Shown: positions 20,495-30,193, numbered from the stretch's first letter. The stretch: DNA of 64,000 nucleotides from Anaeromyxobacteraceae bacterium (GCA_047602405.1 JASGHJ010000001.1:1376001-1440000), one strand, 5' to 3'. Numbers and translations: made by a program. The notes: generated by a model not told the origin, from the letters alone.

Positions 20495-21502
20495 GTGCCG
20501 CGCGCCGCGGTGCTGCTCCCGGTGCGGGACGCCGCCCGCACGCTCCGGGCCGCCGCGGTCTCCATGCTCCGGCAGACGGAGCGCGACCTCGCGCTCGTCT
20601 GCGTCGACGACGGCTCGACCGACGCGACGCCCGCCGTGCTCGACCGGCTCGCGGCCCGCGACCGGCGGGTGCGGGTCGTGCGCGCGCCGGCGAACGAGGG
20701 CATCGCGCGGGCCCTCGCCCGCGGCCTCGCCGCGTGCGACGCCGAGGTCGTCGTGCGGATGGACGCCGACGACCTCGCCCACCCCGCGCGCGTCGCGACG
20801 CTCCTCGCCGCGCTCGACGCCGATCCCTCGCTCGCCGCGGTGGGGTCGCGGGTGCGGCTCTTCCCGCGCCGCGCCGTGAAGCCGGGCATGGCGCGGTACG
20901 CGGCGTGGCTGAACGGGCTCGTCACCCCGGCGCTCGTCGCCCGCGACCTCCTCGTCGAGGCGCCGCTCGTGCACCCGGCCTCCGCGATCCGGCGGGCCGA
21001 CCTCGAGCGGGTGGGCGGCTGGCGGGAGGGCGACTTCCCGGAGGACTACGACCTGTGGCTCCGGCTCGCGGCCTCGGGGCGCCGGCTCACGAACGTGCCG
21101 GACACGCTCCTCGCCTGGCGCGAGTCGGGCACCCGCCTCACCCGGACCGACCCGCGATATCGCCTGGAGCGCCACGTGGCGCTGAAGTGCGCGCACCTCG
21201 CGGGCGGGTGGCTCGCCGGGCGGACCGAGGTCGCCCTCTGGGGCGCGGGTGAGACCGGACGTGCGTTCGCGGGCGCGCTCGCGCCCCACGGCATCCGCCC
21301 GGCGCTGTTCGTGGACGTGGACCCCAGGAAGATCGGCCGCACGCGGCGCGGGGCGCCGGTGGTGGGGCTGGACGCGCTCGAGCGCGCCCGGGGGCTCCCG
21401 CTCCTCGTCGCCGTGGGCGCGCCCGGCGCGCGCGACCTGATCCGCGCCGAGCTCGCCCGGGCCCGGTTCGGCGAGGGATCGGACTTCCTCGTCGTGTCCT
21501 GA
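20495..21502 (+). CDS. Family 2 glycosyltransferase
   Basis: VDDGSTD, RMDADD, PEDYDLWLR, plus C-terminal Rossmann-like LWGAG.TG...VDVDP.KIG. Confidence 0.88.
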   Translation: MPRAAVLLPVRDAARTLRAAAVSMLRQTERDLALVCVDDGSTDATPAVLDRLAARDRRVRVVRAPANEGIARALARGLAACDAEVVVRMDADDLAHPARVATLLAALDADPSLAAVGSRVRLFPRRAVKPGMARYAAWLNGLVTPALVARDLLVEAPLVHPASAIRRADLERVGGWREGDFPEDYDLWLRLAASGRRLTNVPDTLLAWRESGTRLTRTDPRYRLERHVALKCAHLAGGWLAGRTEVALWGAGETGRAFAGALAPHGIRPALFVDVDPRKIGRTRRGAPVVGLDALERARGLPLLVAVGAPGARDLIRAELARARFGEGSDFLVVS

Positions 21503-21606
21503 GGGGACACGGCCACGCCGGCCGCGCCGCGGCCTCACCCGGAGCGGACCCGGGCCCGCGTGGAGGGGTGAGACCCACACGCCCTCCGTGGTACCCATCG
21601 AAGGCC

Positions 21607-23742
21607 ATGCAGGGGCAGGGGTCCGACGACCGCGTCCGCGAGCTCGAGGAGCGCGTCCGCGTGCTGACCGCGGAGAACGCGCGGCTGCTCGCGGCCCAGG
21701 GCGACAGCCTCGTGCTCGGGTCGATCGCCGAGCACCTCGCCCGCCTCGACGAGACCGACGCCATCGTCCGCAGCGGGCTCGAGCGGATCGGGTCGATGCG
21801 CGAGGTGCCGGTCTGCGCGCTGTGCGAGGAGGTCGAGGGCGGGATGGTCGTCATCTCGTCCCACCTCTCCCGGAACGGCGACGCCCTCGACGGCCGGCTC
21901 CTCCCCGCCACCGGGCGGGTCGTCTCGCAGGTCGAGCACGGCCCGGTGCTGCTCGTGGGCGCCGAGTGCTCCGAGGCCGGGCTGCCGCTCGACGGGCCGC
22001 TGCTCGGCTTCCGCCCGACCGGCGTCCTGCTCGTGCCGTTCCGCGCGCGGCACGTGCCGCGTGGCGTCGCGCTCTTCGCCGACGACCGGCCCGAGCGCGA
22101 GGTGATCGACGCGGTCGACGTGCTCTCGCGCGCCTCCGAGCTCCTGCGGGTCCGCCTCGACACCGTCGCGCTCCTCTTCGAGCTGAAGCTCCTCAACGCC
22201 GAGCTCGACCTCAAGGTCGCCGACCGCACCCGCGCGCTCTCCGCCAGCCAGGAGCGCCTGCGCATCGCGATCGACGCCGCCGCGCTCGCGACCTGGGAGT
22301 GGGACGTCGAGGCGCGCGAGGTGGAGTGGTCGGGCGTGGCGGGCCTGCTCCGCGTGCAGGAGCTGCCCGGCACCATCGACGCCTACCTCGCCCGCGTGCA
22401 CCCCGACGACCGGCCCGCGGTGGCGGCCACCTTCGCGCGCGCCCGCGAGAGCGCCGACCCGCAGCGCGTCGAGCACCGGGTGCCGGTCCCCGAGGGGACG
22501 CGCTGGCTCGAGCTCCACGCCCGCGCCGCGGCGGCCCAGCCGGGCGCGCCGCGCCGGGTCGCCGGCGTCGTGCTCGACGTGACCGACCGGCGCACCCTCG
22601 AGGACGAGCTCCGCCAGGCGCAGAAGATGGAGTCGGTGGGGCGGCTCGCGGGCGGCATCGCCCACGACTTCAACAACCTCCTCACCACCATCCTCGGCAC
22701 GAGCGAGATGGTCCTCGAGTCCTTGCCGCCGCACCACCCGCTCCGCGCCGACATCGCCTCGGTGCGCGACGCGGGCAAGCGCGCCGCCACGCTCACGAAG
22801 CAGCTCCTCGCCTTCAGCCGCAAGCAGAAGCTCGAGGCCCGGGCCGAGGACCTCGCGAGCATCGTGCGGGGGTTCGCCCCGATGATCTCCCGCCTCATCG
22901 GCAACGAGATCAAGGTCCGGCTCGACCTCGCCGTCAGCCTGCCGCCCGTCCTCGCCGACCGCGCCCAGCTCGAGCAGATCCTCCTCAACCTCGCGGTGAA
23001 CGCGCGCGACGCCATGCCGACGGGCGGCGTCCTCACCTTCGGCGCGGCCGAGGCGGCGCGCGGGACGCCGGTGGCCGGGCTGCGCAGCGTGCTCCTGTGG
23101 GTGGCCGACACCGGCGCCGGGATGTCACCCGAGGTGGCGGCGCGCGCGTTCGACCCGTTCTTCACGACGAAGCCGTCCGGCAAGGGCACCGGCCTCGGCC
23201 TCGCGACGGTCTACGGCATCGTCCGCCAGCACAACGGCACCATCACCGTGCGCACCGCGCCCGGGAAGGGCACCCGCTTCGACATCGTCCTGCCGGTCGC
23301 CGAGAAGGCGCAGGCGGCGCCGGTGATCGAGGCGCCGGCGGAGCGGCCCACCACCGGGCAGGGCGAGACCGTGCTCGTGGTCGACGACGAGGAGCTCGTG
23401 CGCACCGCCGTCGCGCGCGCGCTCCAGGCGCGGAACTACACCGTGCTCGAGGCGGAGTCGGCGGCCGAGGCGCTCTCGATCCTCGACAACGCCTCGCAGC
23501 GGATCCAGCTGCTCCTCTCCGACGTGATCATGCCGGGCGGCCGGGGGACCGAGCTCGCCCGGGTGTTCCGCCAGCGGTACCCGGGGAAGCCGGTGCTCCT
23601 CATGAGCGGCTACCTCGAGCCGGACGAGCACGGGGCGCCCGCGGACGTGGTGGTGCTCGAGAAGCCGCTCGCGCCGTCGCAGCTCGCGCGCGCGGTGCGT
23701 GCGGCGCTCGACGGGCTGCCGGTGGATCCGACCGGCTCCTAG
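21607..23742 (+). CDS. Hybrid sensor histidine kinase (PAS, HisKA/HATPase, receiver)
   Basis: QKMESVGRLAGGIAHDFNNLL, NLAVNARDAM, DTGAGM, FFTTKPSGKGTGLGL, LVVDDE...LLSDVIMPG. Start at ATG 21607 or GTG 21568. Confidence 0.92.
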   Translation: MQGQGSDDRVRELEERVRVLTAENARLLAAQGDSLVLGSIAEHLARLDETDAIVRSGLERIGSMREVPVCALCEEVEGGMVVISSHLSRNGDALDGRLLPATGRVVSQVEHGPVLLVGAECSEAGLPLDGPLLGFRPTGVLLVPFRARHVPRGVALFADDRPEREVIDAVDVLSRASELLRVRLDTVALLFELKLLNAELDLKVADRTRALSASQERLRIAIDAAALATWEWDVEAREVEWSGVAGLLRVQELPGTIDAYLARVHPDDRPAVAATFARARESADPQRVEHRVPVPEGTRWLELHARAAAAQPGAPRRVAGVVLDVTDRRTLEDELRQAQKMESVGRLAGGIAHDFNNLLTTILGTSEMVLESLPPHHPLRADIASVRDAGKRAATLTKQLLAFSRKQKLEARAEDLASIVRGFAPMISRLIGNEIKVRLDLAVSLPPVLADRAQLEQILLNLAVNARDAMPTGGVLTFGAAEAARGTPVAGLRSVLLWVADTGAGMSPEVAARAFDPFFTTKPSGKGTGLGLATVYGIVRQHNGTITVRTAPGKGTRFDIVLPVAEKAQAAPVIEAPAERPTTGQGETVLVVDDEELVRTAVARALQARNYTVLEAESAAEALSILDNASQRIQLLLSDVIMPGGRGTELARVFRQRYPGKPVLLMSGYLEPDEHGAPADVVVLEKPLAPSQLARAVRAALDGLPVDPTGS

Positions 23743-24656
23743 GCGCCGGGCGCCGGCGGGTAGGCGTCCACGAGCGCCGCCTTCACCCCGAGGAAGTCCG
23801 GCGGCTCGGGCGCCTCGAGCACGAGCGGCGCGCCGGTGACCGGGTGCCGGAGCTCGAGCCTCCGCGCGTGGAGCATCACCCGCGGCACCGCCACCTCGCC
23901 GACCCGCCGCGGCCCGCCGTACCGCGCGTCGCCGAGGAGTGGCGCGCCGAGGTGCGCGAGGTGCACGCGGATCTGGTGGGTGCGGCCGGTCTCGGGGCGC
24001 GCCTCGACGAGCGCCGCCAGCGGTGAGGTCGCGAGCGTGCGGTAGGCCGTGGCGGCGGCGTCACCGCCGGCGTCGACCCGGCGCAGGCCGGCGCGCTTCG
24101 GGTCCTTCCCGAGCGGCGCGTCCACGCGGCCCTCCGCCGGGGAGGGCGCGCGGGAGGTGAGCGCGAGGTAGGTCTTCGACGGCTCGCCGACGCGGAAGGC
24201 CTCGGCGAGCGCGGCGGCGGCGGCCTTCGTGCGCGCGAGCACGGTGACGCCGCTCGTCTCGCGATCGAGGCGGTGCACGACCGTGACCGGGCCGCCCACG
24301 AGCGCCGCGACGAGGTCGGGCAGCGTGCCGCGGTCGGTGGTGAGCGTGGGCTGGGCCGGCACGCCGGCCGGCTTGTCGACCGCGACGAGGTCGGCGTCCT
24401 CGAAGAGCAGGCGCTCCCGGCCGAGGGTGGCCTCGGCCGCGGGGGCGCGGCCGCCCTCCTCGAGGTTCACCTCGACCTTCTGGCCGGGGTGGAGCGTGCG
24501 CCCGGCCACCTTGCAGCGCCGGCCGTCGAGGAACACGCCGCCGGCCTCGAGCGCCCGCCGCGCGAGGCCGCGCGAGATCCCGCCGCGCGCGGCGATGAAG
24601 CGGTCGATCCGCTCCCGGGCGTCGTCCGGGCCGACGAGGAGCGTGAGCCGCCGCAT
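23739..24656 (-). CDS. RluA-family pseudouridine synthase with S4 domain
   Basis: VDKPAG, VHRLDRETSG, TGRTHQIRVH, GD.RYG, MLHA. Confidence 0.93.
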   Translation of the reverse strand: MRRLTLLVGPDDARERIDRFIAARGGISRGLARRALEAGGVFLDGRRCKVAGRTLHPGQKVEVNLEEGGRAPAAEATLGRERLLFEDADLVAVDKPAGVPAQPTLTTDRGTLPDLVAALVGGPVTVVHRLDRETSGVTVLARTKAAAAALAEAFRVGEPSKTYLALTSRAPSPAEGRVDAPLGKDPKRAGLRRVDAGGDAAATAYRTLATSPLAALVEARPETGRTHQIRVHLAHLGAPLLGDARYGGPRRVGEVAVPRVMLHARRLELRHPVTGAPLVLEAPEPPDFLGVKAALVDAYPPAPGA

Positions 24657-24672
24657 CGAGGGTGCCGGTGCG

Positions 24673-24954
24673 CTACGCGTTCGCGGCCGGGCAGGAGCCG
24701 CACCCGCCGGGCGCGCAGCCGCCGCCGTCGGACTTCGCCTCCGCCTTGTCGGCCTTCCCGGTGATGGCGTTCGCGTTCCGGCCGCCGTAGTCGGTGAGGT
24801 AGAACCCCGAGCCCTTGAGCGCGAAGGAGCCGGCGCTCACGGCCTTCGTCACCTTCGACCCGCAGACGTCGTGCGTCTCGAGGGCCGGCGAGGACATCTT
24901 CTGCAGGACGTCGAACCGTCCGCACCGCGGGCAGTCGTACTCGTAGATGGGCAT
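24673..24954 (-). CDS. FmdB-family zinc ribbon protein
   Basis: MPIYEYDCPRCG.F...QKMS, FALKGSGFYLTDY. Confidence 0.9.
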   Translation of the reverse strand: MPIYEYDCPRCGRFDVLQKMSSPALETHDVCGSKVTKAVSAGSFALKGSGFYLTDYGGRNANAITGKADKAEAKSDGGGCAPGGCGSCPAANA

Positions 24955-25141
24955 GTTCGGTGGCTCCCGTGTTCCGGCGGCGCCCGGCGCGCCGCACCCC
25001 TCCCCGGCAGCGGCCTCGGAGGAGGGGGGAAGGTAGAGGCTGGCGGGCCGGTGTCAAGCGACGGGGCTTGCCAGCCCGGTGCCGGACGATCCAAGAATCC
25101 CGGGCAAGTGCCCGACAAGACGAGGGGAACGGGAGGTGGCC

Positions 25142-26512
25142 GTGGAGGAGCTGGAGCTCGCGCTGGTGCCGGACACGCTCGACGCGCTGACGCGCGCCCT
25201 CGACGAGGTGCGCCACCGGCACGTGGCCGGGCTGGAGCCGGAGCCGGACGTGGCGGGCCCGTTCACGGCGCACGGCGCGGCCGCTCACCGCCGGACGGTG
25301 ACGGCGCTCCGGGAGGCGGGCGACGCGCCGCTCGCCGCCCGGGTCGCCGCGCTCCGGGCCGAGCGCGCCCAGGCCGAGGCCGAGGCGCGCTGGCGGGCCC
25401 TCGAGGCGGGCGTGTCCGTCGTTCGACGGGCTCACGAGCTCCCTGGGGCGGGCGCCGCCACGCTGGCCGAGCTCGAGCTCGCCGGGCTGCGCGAGCGGGA
25501 TCCCGAGCGGCGCCACGCGCTGGCGCGCGCGGCGGCCGGGGCGCTCGAGCCCGCGGCGGCGGCGCGGGAGGCCGCGGTCGAGGCGCGGGCGCGCGCCCGC
25601 GCCGAGGTCGGGCTCGCCCCCGAGTGGCCCGCCGTGGTGGAGGGCGACGGCGTGCTCGCCGCGACCGACGACGCCTGGCGCGACGTCCTCGCGTTCCACG
25701 TGCGGGAGGCGCTCCCCGGCGTCGAGCCGCGCGCGCTCACCCGCGCCGACCTCCTCGCGCTCCTCGCGCTGCCTCGGTGGGACGGGCACTTCCGCGCCGG
25801 CATGCTCGCGATCGGGGTGCGCGCGACGCTCGGCCCCCTCGGCCTCGACGGCGGGCGCGTGCGGGTCGACGACGCGGGCCGCCCGGCCCAGTGGCCCGGC
25901 GCGCACGCGACCGGCGCGCGCGTCTCGTTCCGCCCGCGGGGCGGGGCGAACGACTGGCAGGATCTCTTCGCCGCGCTCGGGCGCGCCCACGCGGCCGCGG
26001 CCCGCCGGCCGCACCGCAGGGAGCCGCTGCTCGCCGAGGCGGTCGCGTGGCTCCTCGCGTCCGTCCTCGAGGAGCCCCGCTGGCTCGCCGAGCGGGCCGA
26101 CGTCGACCGCCCCCGCGCGCGCGACGCCGTGCGCGCGCTCGCGCTCCGCAGGCTGTTCGCGCTGCGCGCCGACGCGGCGGCGCTGCGGGTCGCCACCGAG
26201 GTCGAGCGCGGGCTCTCCGGCGCGGCCTGGCGCGAGGCGCACCGCGAGGCCCTGCACGCCGCGACCGGCGCGGCGTGGGAGGGCGTCCGCGCGAGCCGCG
26301 ACGGCGACGCCGGGGCGCTCGCGGCGCGGGTGCAGGGCGCCGGGGCCGGCGAGGCCCTCCGGCGGGAGGTGCGGGAGCGGTTCGACGAGGACTGGTGGCG
26401 GAACCCGCGGACCGGGCCGTGGCTCGGCGCGCTGCTCGCGGACGGACCGGCGCCGGACCCGCGGGAGGGCGCGCCCGCCGACGCGGCGCGGGCGCTCGCG
26501 GCGGCCTTCTGA
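25142..26512 (+). CDS. Hypothetical protein, degenerate M3-peptidase-like
   Basis: GTG 25142 after GGAGG. C-terminal ERFDEDWWRNPRTG.WL resembles M3-like proteins, but there is no HEXXH. Confidence 0.6.
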   Translation: MEELELALVPDTLDALTRALDEVRHRHVAGLEPEPDVAGPFTAHGAAAHRRTVTALREAGDAPLAARVAALRAERAQAEAEARWRALEAGVSVVRRAHELPGAGAATLAELELAGLRERDPERRHALARAAAGALEPAAAAREAAVEARARARAEVGLAPEWPAVVEGDGVLAATDDAWRDVLAFHVREALPGVEPRALTRADLLALLALPRWDGHFRAGMLAIGVRATLGPLGLDGGRVRVDDAGRPAQWPGAHATGARVSFRPRGGANDWQDLFAALGRAHAAAARRPHRREPLLAEAVAWLLASVLEEPRWLAERADVDRPRARDAVRALALRRLFALRADAAALRVATEVERGLSGAAWREAHREALHAATGAAWEGVRASRDGDAGALAARVQGAGAGEALRREVRERFDEDWWRNPRTGPWLGALLADGPAPDPREGAPADAARALAAAF

Positions 26513-26782
26513 GCGGAGCCGGGCCGCGAGCCGCCCTGCCCCGGACGGACCCTCGAGAACTGCGGCGGCGGCCGGATCGGGGACCGCCGGGCTCCGGCCG
26601 CCGCACGCCGGGTACTCACCCCCGCGCGATGACGGGAGTCACGTGAACCATGCCGCACGGCGCGCGGCCGGTTCCATGGTCATCCGGTCGTCGCGGAGCG
26701 GTCCTGCGAGCGGGTGACATGGGCCGGGTGCGTCATTCACGCAGAGTGATCGGCGGCGACCGGCGCGACCGGGCCGCGGCGA

Positions 26783-27151
26783 TCAGCCCTGTTCGCCGGG
26801 GCCGCGCGCGCCGCCGCCGCCGGACAGCGCGAACAGCTCGGCGCGCGAGCGGACCCCGCACTTCGCGAAGATGCTGGCGATCTGGTTCGCGACGGTGCGG
26901 ACCGAGCGCCCGCGGCGGCGGGCGATGTCGGCGTTCGACAGCCCCTCGCGCACGAGCCCGAGCACCTCGCGCTCGGCCTCCGTGAGGCCGTCGGGCGTGG
27001 CGGGGGCGGCGGTCGGCCACTCGAGCAGCGCGACGTCCTCCTCGCCGGCGATCCTCCACGCCACGAGCCCGCGCGGGGCGGAGAGGCGGGCCGGTGAGGC
27101 GCTCCGCGACCTCGACGCCGACGGGGAGCGAGGACGGGAGAGGGAGCGCAT
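26783..27151 (-). CDS. Small LuxR-type HTH protein
   Basis: LTEAEREVLGLVREGLSNADIARRRGRSVRTVANQIASIFAKCGVRSRAEL. Start at 27151 or 27238. Confidence 0.8.
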   Translation of the reverse strand: MRSLSRPRSPSASRSRSASPARLSAPRGLVAWRIAGEEDVALLEWPTAAPATPDGLTEAEREVLGLVREGLSNADIARRRGRSVRTVANQIASIFAKCGVRSRAELFALSGGGGARGPGEQG

Positions 27152-27234
27152 GTCCGATCCGTAACCCCTCGCAGGGTCCGGATGCAACGTCGAGATTCTC
27201 TGCGCGGGTGGCTTCTCGGAAGGATCGAACGGGT

Positions 27235-28281
27235 TCATGTGGCGCTCCCGGGGTGGGGGCGGCCCCGGGCCCGCCCGGAGGCGGGCGAGCGGTTCGCAGG
27301 GGACGTGGCGGTACCGGACAGGAGGGAGATGAGCTCGCCGCGGGAGCGGACGCCCAGCTTCACGATGGCCCCCTTGAGGTGCGCCGCGATGGTCGCGCCG
27401 GAGAGCCCGAGCGCGTACGCGACGTACTTGTTCGAGTGCCCTTGCACGACGTAGGCGAGGACGTCCCGCTCGCGCGGGGTGAGCGCCTTCGGGTCGGCGG
27501 CGCCGGGCGCGTTGCGGCGGGCGAGCACGAGGCGGCGGCCGTCGGCCTCGACGTGATCGACGAGCGACCAGTTGCCCTCGACGAGGCCGCTCCAGAGGTC
27601 GACCGCGTCGTCCGGGTCCGCGCGGCGGAGCTGGCCGCGGGCCCGCTCGGTGCGCCGCACGGCGGCCGCGAGGCTCGCGCGCGCGGCGGCGGGGCGGGCC
27701 TCCCCCTCGGCGTGCAGCACGCGCCCGCCGGGGTCGAGCACGGCCTCGGGCGGCGCGTGCGCGAGCGCCCGCAGGCGCGCGGCGCTGCCGAGGTGGGCCG
27801 ACACGCGCGAGAGGCGGTGTCGGGCGCGGGGGCCGACGCGGACCGGGCGCGCCGAGTTGAGCCACACCTGCAGGGCGCGGCCGGCGGGATCGCGGGTGGT
27901 GACACCCAGGGCGTCGAGGGCGCCGCGGTCGGCGAACGGGCCGCGCACGGAAGAGAAGTCGGTGGTCGGGAGGCGCGCGATCCGGCGCTGGAAGGTGTCG
28001 ACCGTCGCGGGCGGGTGGAACCAGCGCTCCACGACCGCCTTGGGCGCCGCGCACCAGACCGCCGCGGCGGTCTCGATGTCGAGGGGCACCGGGCCTCGCG
28101 CGGCCTGGGCGACGGGGTGGACCACGCCGCCGCGCACGTCCCAGAGGATGGCGTAGACCCCGAATCCCTGCTCGAGCGGCTCGAACGCGCGGGCGATGCC
28201 GTCGAGCCACGCCGCGTTGTCCGGCACACCCGAGTAGCAGGCCTCGATGGCGAGGATGGGATCGAATCGGCGGAGGCTCAC
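27235..28281 (-). CDS. LuxR-family HTH transcriptional regulator (paralog 3)
   Basis: GTG 28281 (RRFDPILAIEACY). LWSGLVEGNWSLVDHVEADGRR and a LuxR HTH, homologous to the genes at 176-2169. Confidence 0.82.
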   Translation of the reverse strand: MSLRRFDPILAIEACYSGVPDNAAWLDGIARAFEPLEQGFGVYAILWDVRGGVVHPVAQAARGPVPLDIETAAAVWCAAPKAVVERWFHPPATVDTFQRRIARLPTTDFSSVRGPFADRGALDALGVTTRDPAGRALQVWLNSARPVRVGPRARHRLSRVSAHLGSAARLRALAHAPPEAVLDPGGRVLHAEGEARPAAARASLAAAVRRTERARGQLRRADPDDAVDLWSGLVEGNWSLVDHVEADGRRLVLARRNAPGAADPKALTPRERDVLAYVVQGHSNKYVAYALGLSGATIAAHLKGAIVKLGVRSRGELISLLSGTATSPANRSPASGRARGRPHPGSAT

Positions 28282-28494
28282 GGGTCTTTCTGAGTAGACA
28301 GAAGAGCGTTCGTCCGCGTGACACCCGGAATGTCGAAACCGTACCGCGGGGACGGACTCCGCCGGGAGCACGGCGTTTCCTGGGGACCGGTCCTCGGCCG
28401 CAGACCCCGCGCGATGGAACGCAGCCGCCCACGGCGAGGGGACGGGCCGCCGGGCCCGCGAGGGGCCAGCCGGGCCTCCCACCGGGGGTACGCG

Positions 28495-28523
28495 TTGACC
28501 TCGTGTCCGGCACCGGCTAGACC
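28495..28523 (+). promoter_or_regulatory. Putative sigma70 promoter upstream of the ABC-F gene
   Basis: TTGACC (28495-28500), 17-bp spacer, TAGACC (28518-28523). Confidence 0.5.
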
Positions 28524-28664
28524 GGTCGCGGCGCGGCCCTCCGCGCCTCCATGGCCCTCCGCTCCTGACGCCCGCCGCCGCCGCCCTCACCTCGAGCTCG
28601 GGGTGGAGTCGGCACCGCCGTCCGGTCCCCGCATCACCGGGGCAGCCTCCGCAGGAGCACCGCC

Positions 28665-30164
28665 ATGTCATCCCTCCGCCTCGAGCGGGTCTCGTTCTCC
28701 TTTCACGACGCCGCGCCGATCCTCGACGGCGCCGACGTCGAGCTCGGCCCGGGCTTCACGGGCCTCGTCGGCCCGAACGGCGCCGGCAAGACCACCCTCC
28801 TGCGCCTGCTCGCCGGGGAGCTCGTGCCGGACACGGGCCGCGTGAGCGTCCGCCCCGCGGGCGCGCGCGCGGTGATGTGCCCGCAGGAGGTCGCCGTGTC
28901 CGGCACCGCGGTCGCGGCGCTGGTCCAGGCCTGGGCCGAGGGCGACCGGACCGCGCGGCGGCTCGCGGGGGTGCTCCGGCTCGACCCGCCGTCGGAGCCC
29001 GCGCGCTGGGCGACGCTCTCGCCCGGTGAGCGGAAGCGCTGGCAGCTCGCCGCGGCGCTGCTCGAGGCGCCCGGCGTGCTGCTCCTCGACGAGCCCACGA
29101 ATCACCTCGACGCCGGCGGGAAGGCCCTGCTCCTCGAGGCGCTCCGCGGCTTCGACGGCGCGGGCGTGGTCGTCTCGCACGACCGCGCGTTCCTCGAGGC
29201 GCTCACCGTCCGCACGCTCCGGCTCGAGCCGGGCGCGCTCAGGCTCCTCGAGCTCCCCTACGGTGAGGCGCGGGCGGTCTGGGAGGGTGAGGCGCAGGCG
29301 GCCCGGGACCGGCGGAGCGCCGCGCAGGACGGGGCGCGGCGCGCCGCGCGGAAGCTCGCCGACGCGCGCCGGGAGCGCGACGCGGCGGAGCGCGCGAAGA
29401 GCGGCGCGCGGCGCGACCCGAAGGACAGGGACGGCCGCACGCTCGGCGCGAAGACCCGGCGCGACTGGGCGGAGGCGCGGCTCGCCCGCGACGTCGCGGT
29501 CCGGCGCGGGCAGTCGGAGCGGGCGGCGGAGGCGGTGCCGGACGCGCCCGACGGGATCGACCTGGGCCGCTCCGTGTTCGTCGGCTACGAGCGGGCGCCC
29601 CGCGCGCGCGTGCTCGGGCTCGACGGCGAGGACGTGGTGGCGGGCGGGCGGGTGCTCGCGCGGGACGTCCGCGCCTGGGTCGGCCGCGAGGACCGGGTGC
29701 GCCTCGCCGGCCCGAACGGCGCCGGGAAGACGACGCTGCTCCGGGCGCTCCTCGCGAGGGCGCCGGTGCCGGACACGCGCCTCCTGTACCTGCCCCAGGA
29801 GCTCCCGCCCGGCGCGGGGGTGACGCTGCTCGGCGAGGTGCGCGGGCTCGCGCCGGACGTGCGCGGCCGGGTGCTCTCGCTCGTCGCGGCGCTCGGCACC
29901 GAGCCCGCGCGGCTCCTCGCGTCCGCGTCGCCCTCGCCCGGCGAGGCGCGCAAGCTCGCCCTCGCGCTCGGCCTCGGGCGGCACGCGTGGGCGCTCGTGC
30001 TCGACGAGCCGACGAACCACCTGGACCTGCCGACCGTGGAGCGCCTCGAGGCGGCGCTCGCGGCGTACCCGGGGGCGCTCGTGGTCGTCACGCACGACGA
30101 GGCCTTCGCCGGGAAGGTCACGGCGGCGACCTGGACGCTCGAGGAGGGGAGGTTGAGCCGCTGA
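28665..30164 (+). CDS. ABC-F family ATPase (two ABC domains, no TM segments)
   Basis: Two GPNGAGKTT Walker A motifs, two LDEPTNHLD, VSHD/VTHD, and a charged helical linker. Confidence 0.88.
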   Translation: MSSLRLERVSFSFHDAAPILDGADVELGPGFTGLVGPNGAGKTTLLRLLAGELVPDTGRVSVRPAGARAVMCPQEVAVSGTAVAALVQAWAEGDRTARRLAGVLRLDPPSEPARWATLSPGERKRWQLAAALLEAPGVLLLDEPTNHLDAGGKALLLEALRGFDGAGVVVSHDRAFLEALTVRTLRLEPGALRLLELPYGEARAVWEGEAQAARDRRSAAQDGARRAARKLADARRERDAAERAKSGARRDPKDRDGRTLGAKTRRDWAEARLARDVAVRRGQSERAAEAVPDAPDGIDLGRSVFVGYERAPRARVLGLDGEDVVAGGRVLARDVRAWVGREDRVRLAGPNGAGKTTLLRALLARAPVPDTRLLYLPQELPPGAGVTLLGEVRGLAPDVRGRVLSLVAALGTEPARLLASASPSPGEARKLALALGLGRHAWALVLDEPTNHLDLPTVERLEAALAAYPGALVVVTHDEAFAGKVTAATWTLEEGRLSR

Positions 30165-30193
30165 GGCGGGGCCGCGCGGCGCGGCGGGGCCGT

